DNA of 60,094 nucleotides from Patescibacteria group bacterium (lineage in GTDB: Bacteria; Patescibacteriota; Kazan-3B-28; UBA10110). This document shows, piece after piece, positions 34,777 through 44,903 of this stretch; position 1 is the stretch's first letter; each line of letters opens with the position of its first letter. Made by a program: the position numbers and the translations under genes. The DNA lies in contig JBAZXK010000003.1 of assembly GCA_041659905.1 (NCBI GenBank), forward strand, positions 1 through 60,094. The letters are read 5' to 3'. The notes under the pieces were generated by a model, which saw only the letters and a list, made by a program, of their open reading frames with translations, did no database searches and was not told the origin of the DNA.

Positions 34777-37056
34777 ATGGAAATGAGGTTTAACATCAAG
34801 GGCATGCATTGTGCCAGTTGCGCCAGCATCATTCAAAAAGCCATTGCCGGATTAGACGGCGTCAAAACTGTGACGGCAAACTTTGCCACAGAAACGGCCA
34901 CTATCGATTTTGACGAGAATAAAATATCGCTCCAAGAGATGAACGAGCCCATCAAAAAACTTGGTTACGAGTTGGCGGCTGATGAAAGCAGTGGCCATGT
35001 GCATAATTACGATGAGCATGCGGATCATGCGGGAATGAACCAATCCAAATCCGACAAATTGCGCAGTTTAGAGCAGCAAAAAATTAAAGTCCAATTTTCT
35101 CTGCCGGTGGCGCTGGTGGTTTTTGTTGTAATGATCTGGGATATTCTCGCCAAAATTTTTCCGGTTGTCCCGCCGCTTTCCATCCCAATGCAGGTATTTA
35201 ATATGGTAGCTTTGGTGATTGCGACCGTCATGGTGTTTTGGGTGGGGTCGGCTTTTCTTCAGGGGGTGGTCCGGTTTGTGAAATACAGAGTAGCTAATAT
35301 GGATACTCTAATCGGTATCGGTACTCTCACCGCCTATACTTATAGCACGGCCATCACCTTATTCCCACAAATCATAGAAGCGCTCAAACTGCCCGAATAT
35401 ACCTATTTTGATGTCACGATTGTGGTCATCGGTTTCGTAACTTTAGGGAAATACTTAGAAGCCAGATCTAAAATTAAAACCGGCGCTGCGATTGAAAAAC
35501 TAATTGGTTTACAAGCCAAATCTGCGCTGGTGTGGCGAGATGGCGGGGAAATGGAAATTCCGATCAGCGAAGTTAGAATTGGTGACCTGGTGATAGTCAA
35601 GCCCGGCACAAAGATTCCAGTAGATGGAATTATTCAAGAAGGCCAATCGTCCATTGACGAAGCCATGGTGACCGGAGAACCGATACCGGTCGATAAAAAA
35701 GCTGGCGATGCAGTGATCGGGGGTACCATTAACAAGCACGGGGCTTTTAAATTCAAGGCCACTAAAGTGGGATCGGACACGATGTTGGCCCAGATCATTA
35801 AAATGGTGGAAGAGGCCCAAGGTTCCAAAGCGCCTATTCAAGAAATTGCTGATAAAATTTCCAGTATCTTTGTGCCGACCGTTTTAGTTATCGCTCTACT
35901 CGCTTTAGCAGTTTGGTTAACTATCGGAACATACTTTTTGGGATTCTCGGCGGCGTTATCGTTTGGCATTATGGCCTTCGTGGGTATTTTGGTTATTGCG
36001 TGTCCGTGCGCTTTAGGTCTCGCTACCCCCACGGCTATTATTGTGGGTGTGGGTAAGGGAGCGGAGCATGGTATCTTGATCAAGAATGCAGAAAGCTTAG
36101 AGAAATTAAGTACTGTTGGCGTAGTAGTTTTTGATAAAACTGGTACCATCACCAAAGGCAGTCCCGAAGTAACTGATATAGTTCCTGTAGATAAAACTAT
36201 AACGGAGAATGATGTTTTGATATTAGCTGGTAGCATTGAGAGATATTCGGAACATCCCTTAGCTCAAGCGATTGTGGCAGAAGCTAATAAACAAACCTTA
36301 CCCTTGCAGGACCCCACTGATTTTAAAGCCTTGGAAGGGGTAGGAGTGCAGGCCAAGTTGCAAAATGTGATGGTAATGGTGCGCAAACCAACTCCCTCGG
36401 AAGCGGATCTTCCAGAAATTCATCTTCTGCAAGCCCAAGGCAAAACGGTAATTATTGTGGAAAGTGATGGCCACATCCAAGGATTTATCGCTTTGAGCGA
36501 TACCATTAAAGACAACGCCAAAACCGCTATCGATGGTCTGCATAAAAAAGGCATTAAGGCGATTATGTTGACCGGCGATAATCAATTAGCCGCCAAATAT
36601 ATTGCCGCTCAAGTTGATATTGATGAAGTTATCGCCGGAGTGCTGCCTCAACAAAAAGCGCAAAAAATCAAAGAGTTGCAGACAGCAGGAATAAAAGTTG
36701 CCATGGTGGGAGATGGCATCAATGATGCTCCAGCCTTAGTCCAAGCGGATGTGGGTATTGCAATGGCTACCGGCACCGATGTAGCGATGGAGTCAGCCGG
36801 AATCACTTTGATTAAAGGCGATCTACAAAAATTGATCCAAGCTATTAGCTTAGCAAAAGCAACTATGACTACCATCAAACAAAATTTATTCTGGGCATTT
36901 ATTTACAATGTGGTAGGCATCCCAATAGCTGCGGGGGCTCTGTATCCCATTTGGGGGATATTTCTTAATCCAATTTTTGCCGGGTTGGCGATGGCAGGCA
37001 GCAGTGTGTCAGTGGTCGGGAATTCTTTGAGGTTGCGTGCCAAAAAAATATTTTAA
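34777..37056 (+). CDS. copA: copper-translocating P1B-type ATPase
   Basis: [21 protein letters not shown] ([11 protein letters not shown]), DKTGTIT, HP (SEHPLA), GDGINDAP. Confidence 0.93.
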   Translation: MEMRFNIKGMHCASCASIIQKAIAGLDGVKTVTANFATETATIDFDENKISLQEMNEPIKKLGYELAADESSGHVHNYDEHADHAGMNQSKSDKLRSLEQQKIKVQFSLPVALVVFVVMIWDILAKIFPVVPPLSIPMQVFNMVALVIATVMVFWVGSAFLQGVVRFVKYRVANMDTLIGIGTLTAYTYSTAITLFPQIIEALKLPEYTYFDVTIVVIGFVTLGKYLEARSKIKTGAAIEKLIGLQAKSALVWRDGGEMEIPISEVRIGDLVIVKPGTKIPVDGIIQEGQSSIDEAMVTGEPIPVDKKAGDAVIGGTINKHGAFKFKATKVGSDTMLAQIIKMVEEAQGSKAPIQEIADKISSIFVPTVLVIALLALAVWLTIGTYFLGFSAALSFGIMAFVGILVIACPCALGLATPTAIIVGVGKGAEHGILIKNAESLEKLSTVGVVVFDKTGTITKGSPEVTDIVPVDKTITENDVLILAGSIERYSEHPLAQAIVAEANKQTLPLQDPTDFKALEGVGVQAKLQNVMVMVRKPTPSEADLPEIHLLQAQGKTVIIVESDGHIQGFIALSDTIKDNAKTAIDGLHKKGIKAIMLTGDNQLAAKYIAAQVDIDEVIAGVLPQQKAQKIKELQTAGIKVAMVGDGINDAPALVQADVGIAMATGTDVAMESAGITLIKGDLQKLIQAISLAKATMTTIKQNLFWAFIYNVVGIPIAAGALYPIWGIFLNPIFAGLAMAGSSVSVVGNSLRLRAKKIF

Positions 37057-37099
37057 TGACTGACCGCTCCGTTCATATAAACTATGCAATAATTATGAT

Positions 37100-37606
37100 A
37101 TGAATAAAGTATGGGCAGTTCCATTTGTGGCTGTGAGCGGCGGATTGGCGTTTTTAGCGCATGCTTTTTGTCCGGTCTGTGCGGCCGGGGCGGTAGTTGG
37201 TTTGGGTATATCCCGCTATCTGGGAGTGGATGATAGTGTGACCGGTATCTGGATCGGTGGTTTGCTGGCGCTGCTGGCCATCTGGACGATAGCCTGGTTA
37301 AAACGGCGCTATCCGCGTTTGCCTGAATGGTGGCAGGCCGCAGTTTTCTTTGGCTATTATTGGGTTGTGTTGGGGCCGCTCTGGTGGCTGGGGAAAATCG
37401 GGCACCCTTTAAATCGTTTATGGGGCATCGATAGGTTATTATTAGGAGGGGCTATCGGTACGCTGATAGTTTTGCTGGGTCTCAAACTACACTACTCTCT
37501 GAAAACCAGAAATAATGGCAAATCGTATTTTCAATTTCAGCGCACAGTTATCATATTAAGCAGTTTGATTATTGCCAGTGTGATTTTTTATTTTTTAAGT
37601 AAGTAG
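37100..37606 (+). CDS. membrane protein with an intramembrane CPxC motif, function unknown
   Basis: 168 aa with four or five TM helices. FCPVCAAG lies in the first helix. The gene is adjacent to copA. Confidence 0.55.
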   Translation: MNKVWAVPFVAVSGGLAFLAHAFCPVCAAGAVVGLGISRYLGVDDSVTGIWIGGLLALLAIWTIAWLKRRYPRLPEWWQAAVFFGYYWVVLGPLWWLGKIGHPLNRLWGIDRLLLGGAIGTLIVLLGLKLHYSLKTRNNGKSYFQFQRTVIILSSLIIASVIFYFLSK

Positions 37607-37645
37607 TAAAGTAAGTACCAAGGTAAGTACCAAAGTAAGTAAATT

Positions 37646-38176
37646 ATGACTGACAAAATTCAAAATTTAGATGAGTTTGTTGCCAAAGTGGATGCGATGA
37701 AAAAGGAGAATAAGTTGGATTTATCTTCCGACCAGGATTTGAGCATTGCCATTATGAATCTAGTGAGCTTGGAAGAACACTTCTTTTTTACCGCCGCCAA
37801 AACCGACAAAAATAAATATTATGATTTTATTGGCGAGATTCGGGAAATGCGGAAAAGTTTAATGGAGAAAATCGTCAAAAACCCGGAGGGGGAAATTTGG
37901 TGTATTTCCAAGCATCTCTTGGCGGCTTCCATGCGCTTACTGGAGGTGGGGAATAAACAATTAAGCTTAGGACGGAAAGAAGAGGCCTATGATCTATTCC
38001 AGAAATCCTATCAGCTCTACAATCTCTTCTGGGGCCTCAATATGAATTTGATCGATGTGGGGGAAATCAAGAAGATTGATGGAGGTGCCTTACATAAATC
38101 CGACACGGATAAAAAAGGTTTTCTCGGCAAACTGGGCGATATTCTCAAAAAAGCTCTTGATTGCTGCCGCGAGTAA
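37646..38176 (+). CDS. hypothetical helical protein
   Basis: 176 aa, ending in CC-R-E. No motif I recognise. Confidence 0.55.
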   Translation: MTDKIQNLDEFVAKVDAMKKENKLDLSSDQDLSIAIMNLVSLEEHFFFTAAKTDKNKYYDFIGEIREMRKSLMEKIVKNPEGEIWCISKHLLAASMRLLEVGNKQLSLGRKEEAYDLFQKSYQLYNLFWGLNMNLIDVGEIKKIDGGALHKSDTDKKGFLGKLGDILKKALDCCRE

Positions 38177-38225
38177 TTTGTTGCTCTGGTTGACAAAAAC
38201 AACCAGTTAATCAATAATATGCCTT

Positions 38226-38648
38226 ATGGCAAAGAAGATTAAAGCTAAGGTGAAATTGCAATGCCCCGCCGGCAAAGCTAATCCAGCACCTCCTGTAGGG
38301 ACGGCTCTGGGTCCGCACGGTATCCAACTTATGGAGTTTTGCAATCAGTTTAATGAAAGAACCCGGGAATTGGGTGATACTGTGATCCCCGCTATTATTA
38401 CTATCTATGAGGATCGCAGTTTTGACTTCATTTTGAAACAGCCTCCGATGTCGGAGCTGATTAAAAAAGCGGCTGGTGTGACTAAGGGTTCCGGCAAGCC
38501 GAATAAGGAAAAAGTTGCCAAACTAACTAAAGCCCAAGTGCGGGAAGTCGCCGAAAAGAAAATGTCCGATTTGAACGCTAACGATATTGAAGCGGCCGCC
38601 AAGATTGTCGAAGGCACAGCCAGAAGCATGGGCGTCGATACTGAATAG
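38226..38648 (+). CDS. rplK: 50S ribosomal protein L11
   Basis: [34 protein letters not shown] is canonical for L11. Confidence 0.95.
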   Translation: MAKKIKAKVKLQCPAGKANPAPPVGTALGPHGIQLMEFCNQFNERTRELGDTVIPAIITIYEDRSFDFILKQPPMSELIKKAAGVTKGSGKPNKEKVAKLTKAQVREVAEKKMSDLNANDIEAAAKIVEGTARSMGVDTE

Positions 38649-38823
38649 CATATAGAGGATAGCATCCAGCATCCAGGGAAAACGTGTCTGCGGCACAATC
38701 TAATTAAAATCATGCGAAGCATACCAACACTATATGCTAAATGCTAATCCCTAAATGCTTGTTTAATAATTAATTTGTGGGACCTAATCCAAGAGGTTAG
38801 GGTTTGTACCACGAGGAGGTAAC

Positions 38824-39609
38824 ATGGCAGTAGAAAAGAAGAAAACCACTAAGAAGTCGGGCGCGCCTAAGTCTTCGGGTGCCAAAAGGACAGAAGCACG
38901 CAAAACTGCTCCCATCAACAAAATGGGTCGGGGCAAAAAGTATTTAGAAATGGTTAAGTTAGTAGATAAAAGTAAATTTTATCCTATTACTGAAGCCATT
39001 GATTTGTTAATTAAAACTTCTCCAGTTAAATTTGATGCAACGGTAGAAACTCATATTCAAACTGGCTTGGATCCGAAAAAAGCGGATCAGAATTTGCGCG
39101 GAGTAGTAGCGATGCCGGCTGGACTTGGGAAAACCGTCAAAATTTTAGTGTTTGCCGAAGGTGAAAACGCGACAGCCGCCAAAAAAGCGGGTGCAGATTT
39201 TGTGGGGAGTGAAGATATGATCGAAAAGATCAAAGGTGGTTGGTTAGGTTTCGATTTAGCTATCGCCACCCCGGACTTGATGCCCAAGATTGGCCAGTTA
39301 GGTAAAACATTAGGGACAAAAGGTTTGATGCCTAATCCCAAAAGCGGTACGGTGACAGTTACACCGGCTAAGGCGGTGGAGGAATTCAAAAAAGGTAAAG
39401 TTGAATTTAAGTTAGACAAGGATGCCATTGTGCATTTAGGCTTTGGCAAAATCTCATTGGGCGTAGAAGGGTTGACGAATAATTTCACAACTTTATACAA
39501 AGCCATTATGGTGGCCAAACCAGCTAGCGCCAAAGGCATTTACATTAAAAAGATGAGTTTATCTTCGACCATGGGCCCCGGCATTAAGATAGATTTATCG
39601 AGTTTATAA
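38824..39609 (+). CDS. rplA: 50S ribosomal protein L1 (with a lysine-rich N-terminal extension, or a later start at 38923)
   Basis: GKKYLE...FDATVETHIQTGLDPKKADQNLRG...GKTLGTKGLMPNPKSGTVT. Confidence 0.92.
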   Translation: MAVEKKKTTKKSGAPKSSGAKRTEARKTAPINKMGRGKKYLEMVKLVDKSKFYPITEAIDLLIKTSPVKFDATVETHIQTGLDPKKADQNLRGVVAMPAGLGKTVKILVFAEGENATAAKKAGADFVGSEDMIEKIKGGWLGFDLAIATPDLMPKIGQLGKTLGTKGLMPNPKSGTVTVTPAKAVEEFKKGKVEFKLDKDAIVHLGFGKISLGVEGLTNNFTTLYKAIMVAKPASAKGIYIKKMSLSSTMGPGIKIDLSSL

Positions 39610-39622
39610 ACAAAATCCTGAG

Positions 39623-40006
39623 ATGAAGTTTCAAGAATGGATACAAAATAAACCGATGCCGAAAAATAAGCGGGAAGCTTACCAGCTGTTATTTGATTAC
39701 ATTTTGGATTTGTCGGAGAAAAAAGATTTAGATTATTCCCCGCAAAATATTGGGCTATATGGGGAATTGGGTGTGGCGGTCAGGGTAGGCGATAAAGCCA
39801 TGCGGTTAAAATCATTATTGGTAGATAAGAGAGTTCAGCGAGTTAATGACGAATCAGTCGAGGATACTTGGTTTGATCTGACTAATTACGGACTAATTGC
39901 TGTAATGTTGCGGCATAATTGGTGGTTGGAATTAGATTGGGGTAATAACCAAGAAAAGACTCAACCGGAAAAGCCTGAGGTTGACAGAGAGGCTCCGGTC
40001 GAGTAA
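39623..40006 (+). CDS. hypothetical protein inserted between rplA and rplJ (weak resemblance to DUF1599/Nmad-type helical proteins)
   Basis: 127 aa. RVGDKAMRLKSLL and EDTWFDLTNYGLIAVML resemble the DK..RL and D..NY pattern of that family. By resemblance only. Confidence 0.4.
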   Translation: MKFQEWIQNKPMPKNKREAYQLLFDYILDLSEKKDLDYSPQNIGLYGELGVAVRVGDKAMRLKSLLVDKRVQRVNDESVEDTWFDLTNYGLIAVMLRHNWWLELDWGNNQEKTQPEKPEVDREAPVE

Positions 40007-40173
40007 TATCCTAAACGTATCCTTTAAAGACCGTAGGCGGGGTCCAAACCCCATAAATCCTACCGAGAAGGAACCAATTAGCATTTAGGGGTTAGCATCT
40101 AGCATCTAGGGCTGGCAACTAAGGCAAAAGGTTCGTCTCGGAGGAGACGATTTTTTAATTTTAAGGAGTTAAA
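40007..40173 (+). promoter_or_regulatory. candidate L10(L12)4 autoregulatory leader with an attenuator hairpin
   Basis: It sits directly upstream of rplJ. gaccgtaggcgg...cctaccgag is a helix reminiscent of the L10 binding site, and cgtctcggaggagacg followed by attttttaatttt (40134-40163) is a terminator-like hairpin just before the SD. Confidence 0.35.
40080..40111 (+). repeat. 32-nt motif agcatttaggggttagcatctagcatctaggg
   Basis: A near-identical copy lies at 41252..41284, a half copy at 38661..38678, and an inverted copy at 38734..38759. Confidence 0.85.
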
Positions 40174-40695
40174 ATGCCAAAAACCAGAGTTCAAAAAGAA
40201 GCTCAATTAACCAAACTGGTCGATAAGTTGAAATCCAGCAAAGCGGTAGTTTTGACAGAATTCACGGGTTTAACCATGGAAGACCTGGATGCTTTGCGGG
40301 CAAAAGCGCGCAAAGAAGGTGTCTCTTTCCAGGTAGCTAAAAATACTTTACTAGACAAAGCCACTAAAGAAGCGGGCATCGAGGGATTAATCACTCAAAA
40401 AGTCGGTAAGCAAATTGCCGTGGCGACCGACGGTGAAGACGAAGTGGCTATTTCTAAATTGATTTACCAGTTTGCCAAAAATCATAGCGAAAAAATTAAA
40501 ATTTATGCCGGCATATTAGAAAAGAAAATTGTATCAGTTGATGTGATCAACCAGTTGGCGCAATTGCCCAGTCGCGAAGAATTATTGACTAAACTAGTCT
40601 GGACATTAAATTCTCCGCTCAGTGGATTTGTCCGAGTACTCAATGGCCCGGTACAAGGTTTTTACAATGTAATTAAAGCTTTATCAAGTAAATAA
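40174..40695 (+). CDS. rplJ: 50S ribosomal protein L10
   Basis: 173 aa. KSSKAVVLTEFTGLTMEDLDALRAKARKEGVSFQVAKNTL. Confidence 0.92.
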   Translation: MPKTRVQKEAQLTKLVDKLKSSKAVVLTEFTGLTMEDLDALRAKARKEGVSFQVAKNTLLDKATKEAGIEGLITQKVGKQIAVATDGEDEVAISKLIYQFAKNHSEKIKIYAGILEKKIVSVDVINQLAQLPSREELLTKLVWTLNSPLSGFVRVLNGPVQGFYNVIKALSSK

Positions 40696-40811
40696 TATTT
40701 ATTAAGGTAAGCCCTCGATTTCACTCGGGCAATAACAACTATTTATTCTTCGAGTGAAAATCGCGATCTCGCGATTGAGTCGAGAAGTTACCTGAAAAAG
40801 AAAGGAAATAT

Positions 40812-41246
40812 ATGGCAGATGAACAAATGCAAAATTCCGATGGGGAAAAGGCTGTAGATACGAGTAAATTAACCAAGACCGCTACTCAAGTAATGGAATT
40901 GGTTGAAAAAATGTCTGTTCTAGAATTGGCAGACTTAGTTAAGGTTTTAGAAGATAAATTTGGCGTCAGCGCGGCTGCTCCGATGATGATGGCAGGCGCT
41001 ATGCCGGGTGCCGCAGCGGCTCCTGCGGAAGAAAAAACCGAATTCGATGTGCACTTGACTGGGGCTGGTTCCAATAAAATTGGTGTCATTAAAGCTGTCC
41101 GTGAAGTGACCGTCTTAGGGCTAAAGGAAGCTAAGGATTTAGTTGAAGCTTTACCGAAAGTCTTAAAGGAAGGCGTCAAGAAGGCCGAAGCCGAAGAAAT
41201 GAAAACCAAATTGGAAGCCGCCGGCGCCACTGTGGAACTTAAGTAA
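40812..41246 (+). CDS. rplL: 50S ribosomal protein L7/L12
   Basis: [19 protein letters not shown], an Ala/Pro hinge, and a C-terminal [24 protein letters not shown]. Confidence 0.93.
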   Translation: MADEQMQNSDGEKAVDTSKLTKTATQVMELVEKMSVLELADLVKVLEDKFGVSAAAPMMMAGAMPGAAAAPAEEKTEFDVHLTGAGSNKIGVIKAVREVTVLGLKEAKDLVEALPKVLKEGVKKAEAEEMKTKLEAAGATVELK

Positions 41247-41251
41247 TAAAT

Positions 41252-41284
41252 AGCATTTAGGGGTTAGCATCCAGCATCTAAGGG
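41252..41284 (+). repeat. copy of the 32-nt motif (agcatttaggggttagcatccagcatctaaggg)
   Basis: It starts 6 nt after the rplL stop codon. Confidence 0.85.
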
Positions 41285-41366
41285 CGGATACGAAGAACCC
41301 CAAAACAGAAATTATGCAAATAACCAAGGCCCGCTTCCTGCGGGTCTTTTGGTATATTATTTGTAT

Positions 41367-41475
41367 GTCATTCCGGGCTTGCCTTTGCCCAGAGGGCTCT
41401 GGCCCGGCGGGACCCGGAATCTAGGCCTGGATCCTGAATCCGAACTTGGCTTTCAGCCAGTCGGTCCAGGATGAC
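41367..41475. repeat. MITE-like intergenic repeat element (copy 2)
   Basis: It shares tgtcattccgg(a/g)cttgc at the 5' end and aggcctggatcctgaatccgaacttgg...ccagtcggtccaggatgaca at the 3' end with 21567..21701. An extra ggattcaggatgac module follows, to 41494. Confidence 0.7.
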
Positions 41476-41525
41476 ATAAAGGATTCAGGATGACGAATAA
41501 GAGGCAGAGCTGTAAGATGTAACTT

Positions 41526-42638
41526 ATGGCGATTAAATTCGATATTTTAGCTAAAGATGGTCAGGCGAGAGCCGGGGTTTTACAAACTGATCATGGCGAG
41601 GTGCATACTCCAACGATTACGGTGAATTTTACGCCAGCTTTGCTTCGGTCTGGCTTATCGGCTAATCGATTGCAGGAGCTGGGTGTGGAAATGGTGCTCA
41701 CCAATACCCTGCATACGATGATGGAGGGCCAGCTGCAAGCGCCGGATATTCACGAGCAGCTGAGTTGGAATGGGCCAGTTTTTGCTGATTCCGGCGGTTT
41801 TCAAATGGTCAGTTTAGCTAAGAATATGCGGGTAGAAAAAGACGGTATTAAATTCAGTTGGGACGACGCCGAACACAAAATTACTCCCGCACAAATAGTG
41901 GAGTGGCAAAAACAGATGGGAGTAGATATTATTATGCCACTAGATCGGGTGTGGCATTTGCGCCAGAAAAATCCTTTCGCTTATTTGGAGTCAGTTTTAA
42001 CCACGGAAAAGTGGTTTCGCGAGTCTCAAAATATCAGCAATAATGTTTTTTATATTTTACAGGGTGGATTGAATAAATGGGCCCGGGCTTTAAGTCTGAA
42101 ATATGCCAATAAACATTTAAAAGATGGTATTGCAGGCATAGCCATCGGTGGATTAGCCTTTGGTGAACAGCGCTCCAAAATGTATAACATGATCGATTTT
42201 TGCAATAGCCAATTACCCGAAGATAAACCGCGCCATTTGTTGGGCGTGGGCGAGCCGGTAGATTTACTAGAAAGCATTGAGCGGGGGATAGATACATTCG
42301 ATTGCGTAGCACATACCCGGGAAGCTCGCCATGGTCGATTGCTAACTAGTCAGGGCTATTTGCGTTTACGCCGCGCAGAATACGCTAGCGATAATTCCGT
42401 GATTGAAGTCGGTTGTGATTGTCCAACTTGTAGAACAGGGATTAGTCGTAGGGAACTTCGGGCCGGCATGAAATCATCGGATCCAATAACCCGTCAACAA
42501 ACATTAATTAAACTAATGTTGCACAATATTCGTTTTCTGATGCGCCTAATGGAACAATCTCGCACTGCCATCTCACAAAACAGATTTAATAAATTCAAGA
42601 AAGAATTTATTGTCAACTTCCGAAATAGTGTAAAATAA
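41526..42638 (+). CDS. tgt: tRNA-guanine transglycosylase (queuine tRNA-ribosyltransferase)
   Basis: FADSGGFQ, LLGVGEP, and the zinc site CDCPTC...H. Confidence 0.88.
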   Translation: MAIKFDILAKDGQARAGVLQTDHGEVHTPTITVNFTPALLRSGLSANRLQELGVEMVLTNTLHTMMEGQLQAPDIHEQLSWNGPVFADSGGFQMVSLAKNMRVEKDGIKFSWDDAEHKITPAQIVEWQKQMGVDIIMPLDRVWHLRQKNPFAYLESVLTTEKWFRESQNISNNVFYILQGGLNKWARALSLKYANKHLKDGIAGIAIGGLAFGEQRSKMYNMIDFCNSQLPEDKPRHLLGVGEPVDLLESIERGIDTFDCVAHTREARHGRLLTSQGYLRLRRAEYASDNSVIEVGCDCPTCRTGISRRELRAGMKSSDPITRQQTLIKLMLHNIRFLMRLMEQSRTAISQNRFNKFKKEFIVNFRNSVK

Positions 42639-42674
42639 AACATTGCCAAATCTGATCTTTGAGAGGTGAGTATA

Positions 42675-43268
42675 ATGACAATTCGTCCTCGAATCTTTGG
42701 TGTTGATCTTGATGGTGTCTGTATACGGATTGCGCCAACTTTCGCTCTGGCGGCTAAGGCTTGTGGCTATCAAGAGGAGCTTGATTATACCCAATATTGG
42801 ATGGGTATACCTCCTAACCTAAGAACCCCGGTACAGAATTATATGGTTGTTTCGGGATTAATCCAAACACTGCCGGCTTATCCTTGTGCAGCCGCTGCTG
42901 TGAAACAATTGCAAGACGCTGGTCACAATGTGGTTTTTGTTACGGCCCGAGGGCGAGGGCACACAGGAACTGATAGCGACCTTAAAGAAACCATCGAGCT
43001 AATCACGTATCAGTGGTTGGCCGATAATAATTTTTCAGTTCAAAGGCCCATCATTTTCACTGCCGATAAGCGCGCAGCAGCGCAAGATTTTGGCATTGAT
43101 GTAATGGTGGAAGATTGTCTGGAAACCGCTGAATCATTCCTAGGCACTGATATCAAATGTTATTTGGTCGATCGACCATGGAATGGTGGTTTGTACATTC
43201 CTTTTGGTGAATATGATTATCCGTGGCGCATTCGGCTACTCACAGATCTGCTCGCACTACTGGAGTAA
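42675..43268 (+). CDS. HAD-superfamily phosphatase, 5'(3')-deoxyribonucleotidase-like
   Basis: IFGVDLDGV (DxDx[T/V] motif I), VTAR, and MVEDC near the C-terminus. Confidence 0.6.
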   Translation: MTIRPRIFGVDLDGVCIRIAPTFALAAKACGYQEELDYTQYWMGIPPNLRTPVQNYMVVSGLIQTLPAYPCAAAAVKQLQDAGHNVVFVTARGRGHTGTDSDLKETIELITYQWLADNNFSVQRPIIFTADKRAAAQDFGIDVMVEDCLETAESFLGTDIKCYLVDRPWNGGLYIPFGEYDYPWRIRLLTDLLALLE

Positions 43269-43424
43269 TTCAATCGCGATAAATCGCCCAGCCTAATCAG
43301 CTGGGTTTTTCTATTAAAGAAATATATTGCGCTGGGAGCCATTTTATGCTAGTTTGAGCTTGGCGTTATTTACTCTACAGAGTAAGAACGACTACTTGTT
43401 ATTTGAAAGGATGGATTAACAACC

Positions 43425-44000
43425 ATGGTCACACAGCATGGCTTAAAAACCACCACTACTTTGGCCACGATGACATGTATCATCGCATGCTTCTTGTTTG
43501 GAGGAATTGCCTGTAAAGGCGCCGCTGCTTTAGCGGGGATAGGACGACCCGACCAACCCGGGCTCTATCTTAATTTGGGACGAGGGTTGGAAATGGTAGA
43601 TCCCTCTAAGCATTTAATCGTCGGCGGATTTCTTACGCCGTCTTTTGAGCTGAATGACTTCAACTCCAAAGCACTGATTGTGGAGCCGGGCATTACCAAA
43701 ATCACGGCGGTCTATGTGATGACAGATGCCGAGAGGAGCTCACAACAGGACATTCTGGACCAGACCAAAGTCTTCTCTATTGTGCCTTTGAAACAAAAGC
43801 CAGATACCGGCAGCACTGCGTGGCTCGAAATGTATACTGATAATTTTACAGAGCAACAGGCTAAAGCCATGGAGTCTAGCCAAAATGATTTACCAGGTGG
43901 ATATATGTGTTATGAATACGCCGTTCCACCACCCGGAACGGCGCCAGAAGGGCAGTATATGCTGGCTTTTGTGGGCGGGATCATCGGTATTAAACAATAA
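43425..44000 (+). CDS. hypothetical secreted or lipoprotein-like protein
   Basis: 191 aa. The N-terminal hydrophobic segment ends in ...GGIACKG (lipobox-like). Confidence 0.5.
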   Translation: MVTQHGLKTTTTLATMTCIIACFLFGGIACKGAAALAGIGRPDQPGLYLNLGRGLEMVDPSKHLIVGGFLTPSFELNDFNSKALIVEPGITKITAVYVMTDAERSSQQDILDQTKVFSIVPLKQKPDTGSTAWLEMYTDNFTEQQAKAMESSQNDLPGGYMCYEYAVPPPGTAPEGQYMLAFVGGIIGIKQ

Positions 44001-44122
44001 GATAAGACAAGAGTCCCTTTTCGTCCAGTTTATGCACTAGAACAACAGTACATTAGGTACCATAATTAAAAAACTCCTCAAAGCGATTGATAGTTCATCG
44101 GTCAGCTGCGAGGAGTTTTTTC

Positions 44123-44899
44123 TTAGAAGGATAAGTTTAAATAATAACCAAACCGGATGGTCAGTTGAGGCAAGGCTTTTAGTAGATCCGAAAACTCTTT
44201 AGGGTATTGGCTTAGCGTTCTCGTTGGGGGCCCCAGCGCAGCTCCGTTGCAAGATTCATCAACCCAACTGCCGCACACATCCAGCTCTTTCAATTTCTTT
44301 AACCCATACAAAACAGTCAAATCCACCGGGTGTTCCAAATCGATACTTAAATATTCTAATTGCGAAAGATGACCTAATGGTGATATATCCCTGAGGTCGG
44401 CATGAGGAAGGGTTAAGAATTTGAGATTGACTAATTTAGCTAGAGGAGAGATATCGGTGATTTTTCCTTTGTCTTCTACTGTGATGTCTAAATTAGTTAA
44501 ACAAGTTAGTCCTTGAATATCCGCTAGGGCTTGATTCCCCGTCTTTTTTACGGCAGTTAAAAATTTATCTCGGCTAGAAATAAAACCTTTTTCGCCCAGG
44601 TGGCCCATAATATTTTCTAAATTGATTCCCGGGCGGGTATTGAACCAAGTTACATAGGAGTAATACACCGCATTGTAGCCGTTACTGGAGCAAGCTACGA
44701 TAACTGGCTGATCCGAAGTAGTGTTGCCGTCTGGTTGTTTCTGTAGCGTCGAGCACCGGGTAGACCAAATTAATAGTAAAATCAGCAATAGCAGTAACAG
44801 ACTGATTCCCAGCCCTTGTTTTCCATGGGCTTTTAGTTGCTCGAGTAGTTTAATAAACGGCGCTGTTAATTTAGAAGTGCCGTTGAAAAGTTTTTCCAT
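44123..44899 (-). CDS. membrane-anchored leucine-rich-repeat (LRR) protein
   Basis: TM helix LGISLLLLLLILLLIW. LRR units: LTCLTNLDITVEDKGKITDISPLAKLVNLKFLTLPHADLRDISPLGHLSQLEYLSI. Confidence 0.75.
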   Translation of the reverse strand: MEKLFNGTSKLTAPFIKLLEQLKAHGKQGLGISLLLLLLILLLIWSTRCSTLQKQPDGNTTSDQPVIVACSSNGYNAVYYSYVTWFNTRPGINLENIMGHLGEKGFISSRDKFLTAVKKTGNQALADIQGLTCLTNLDITVEDKGKITDISPLAKLVNLKFLTLPHADLRDISPLGHLSQLEYLSIDLEHPVDLTVLYGLKKLKELDVCGSWVDESCNGAALGPPTRTLSQYPKEFSDLLKALPQLTIRFGYYLNLSF

Positions 44900-44903
44900 T
44901 ACC

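Noticed and set aside
34852-36878. Numerous 60-130-aa antisense or alternative-frame ORFs inside copA, with similar ones inside recG, PBP1A, ftsZ and tig.
   Set aside because: They are nested within long ORFs that carry unambiguous family motifs. They are typical shadow ORFs.
38661-41284. Whether the recurring 32-nt motif, or the 18-nt palindrome elsewhere, could be a CRISPR array.
   Set aside because: Copies are kilobases apart and separated by genes, are not regularly spaced, occur in both orientations, and no cas genes are present.
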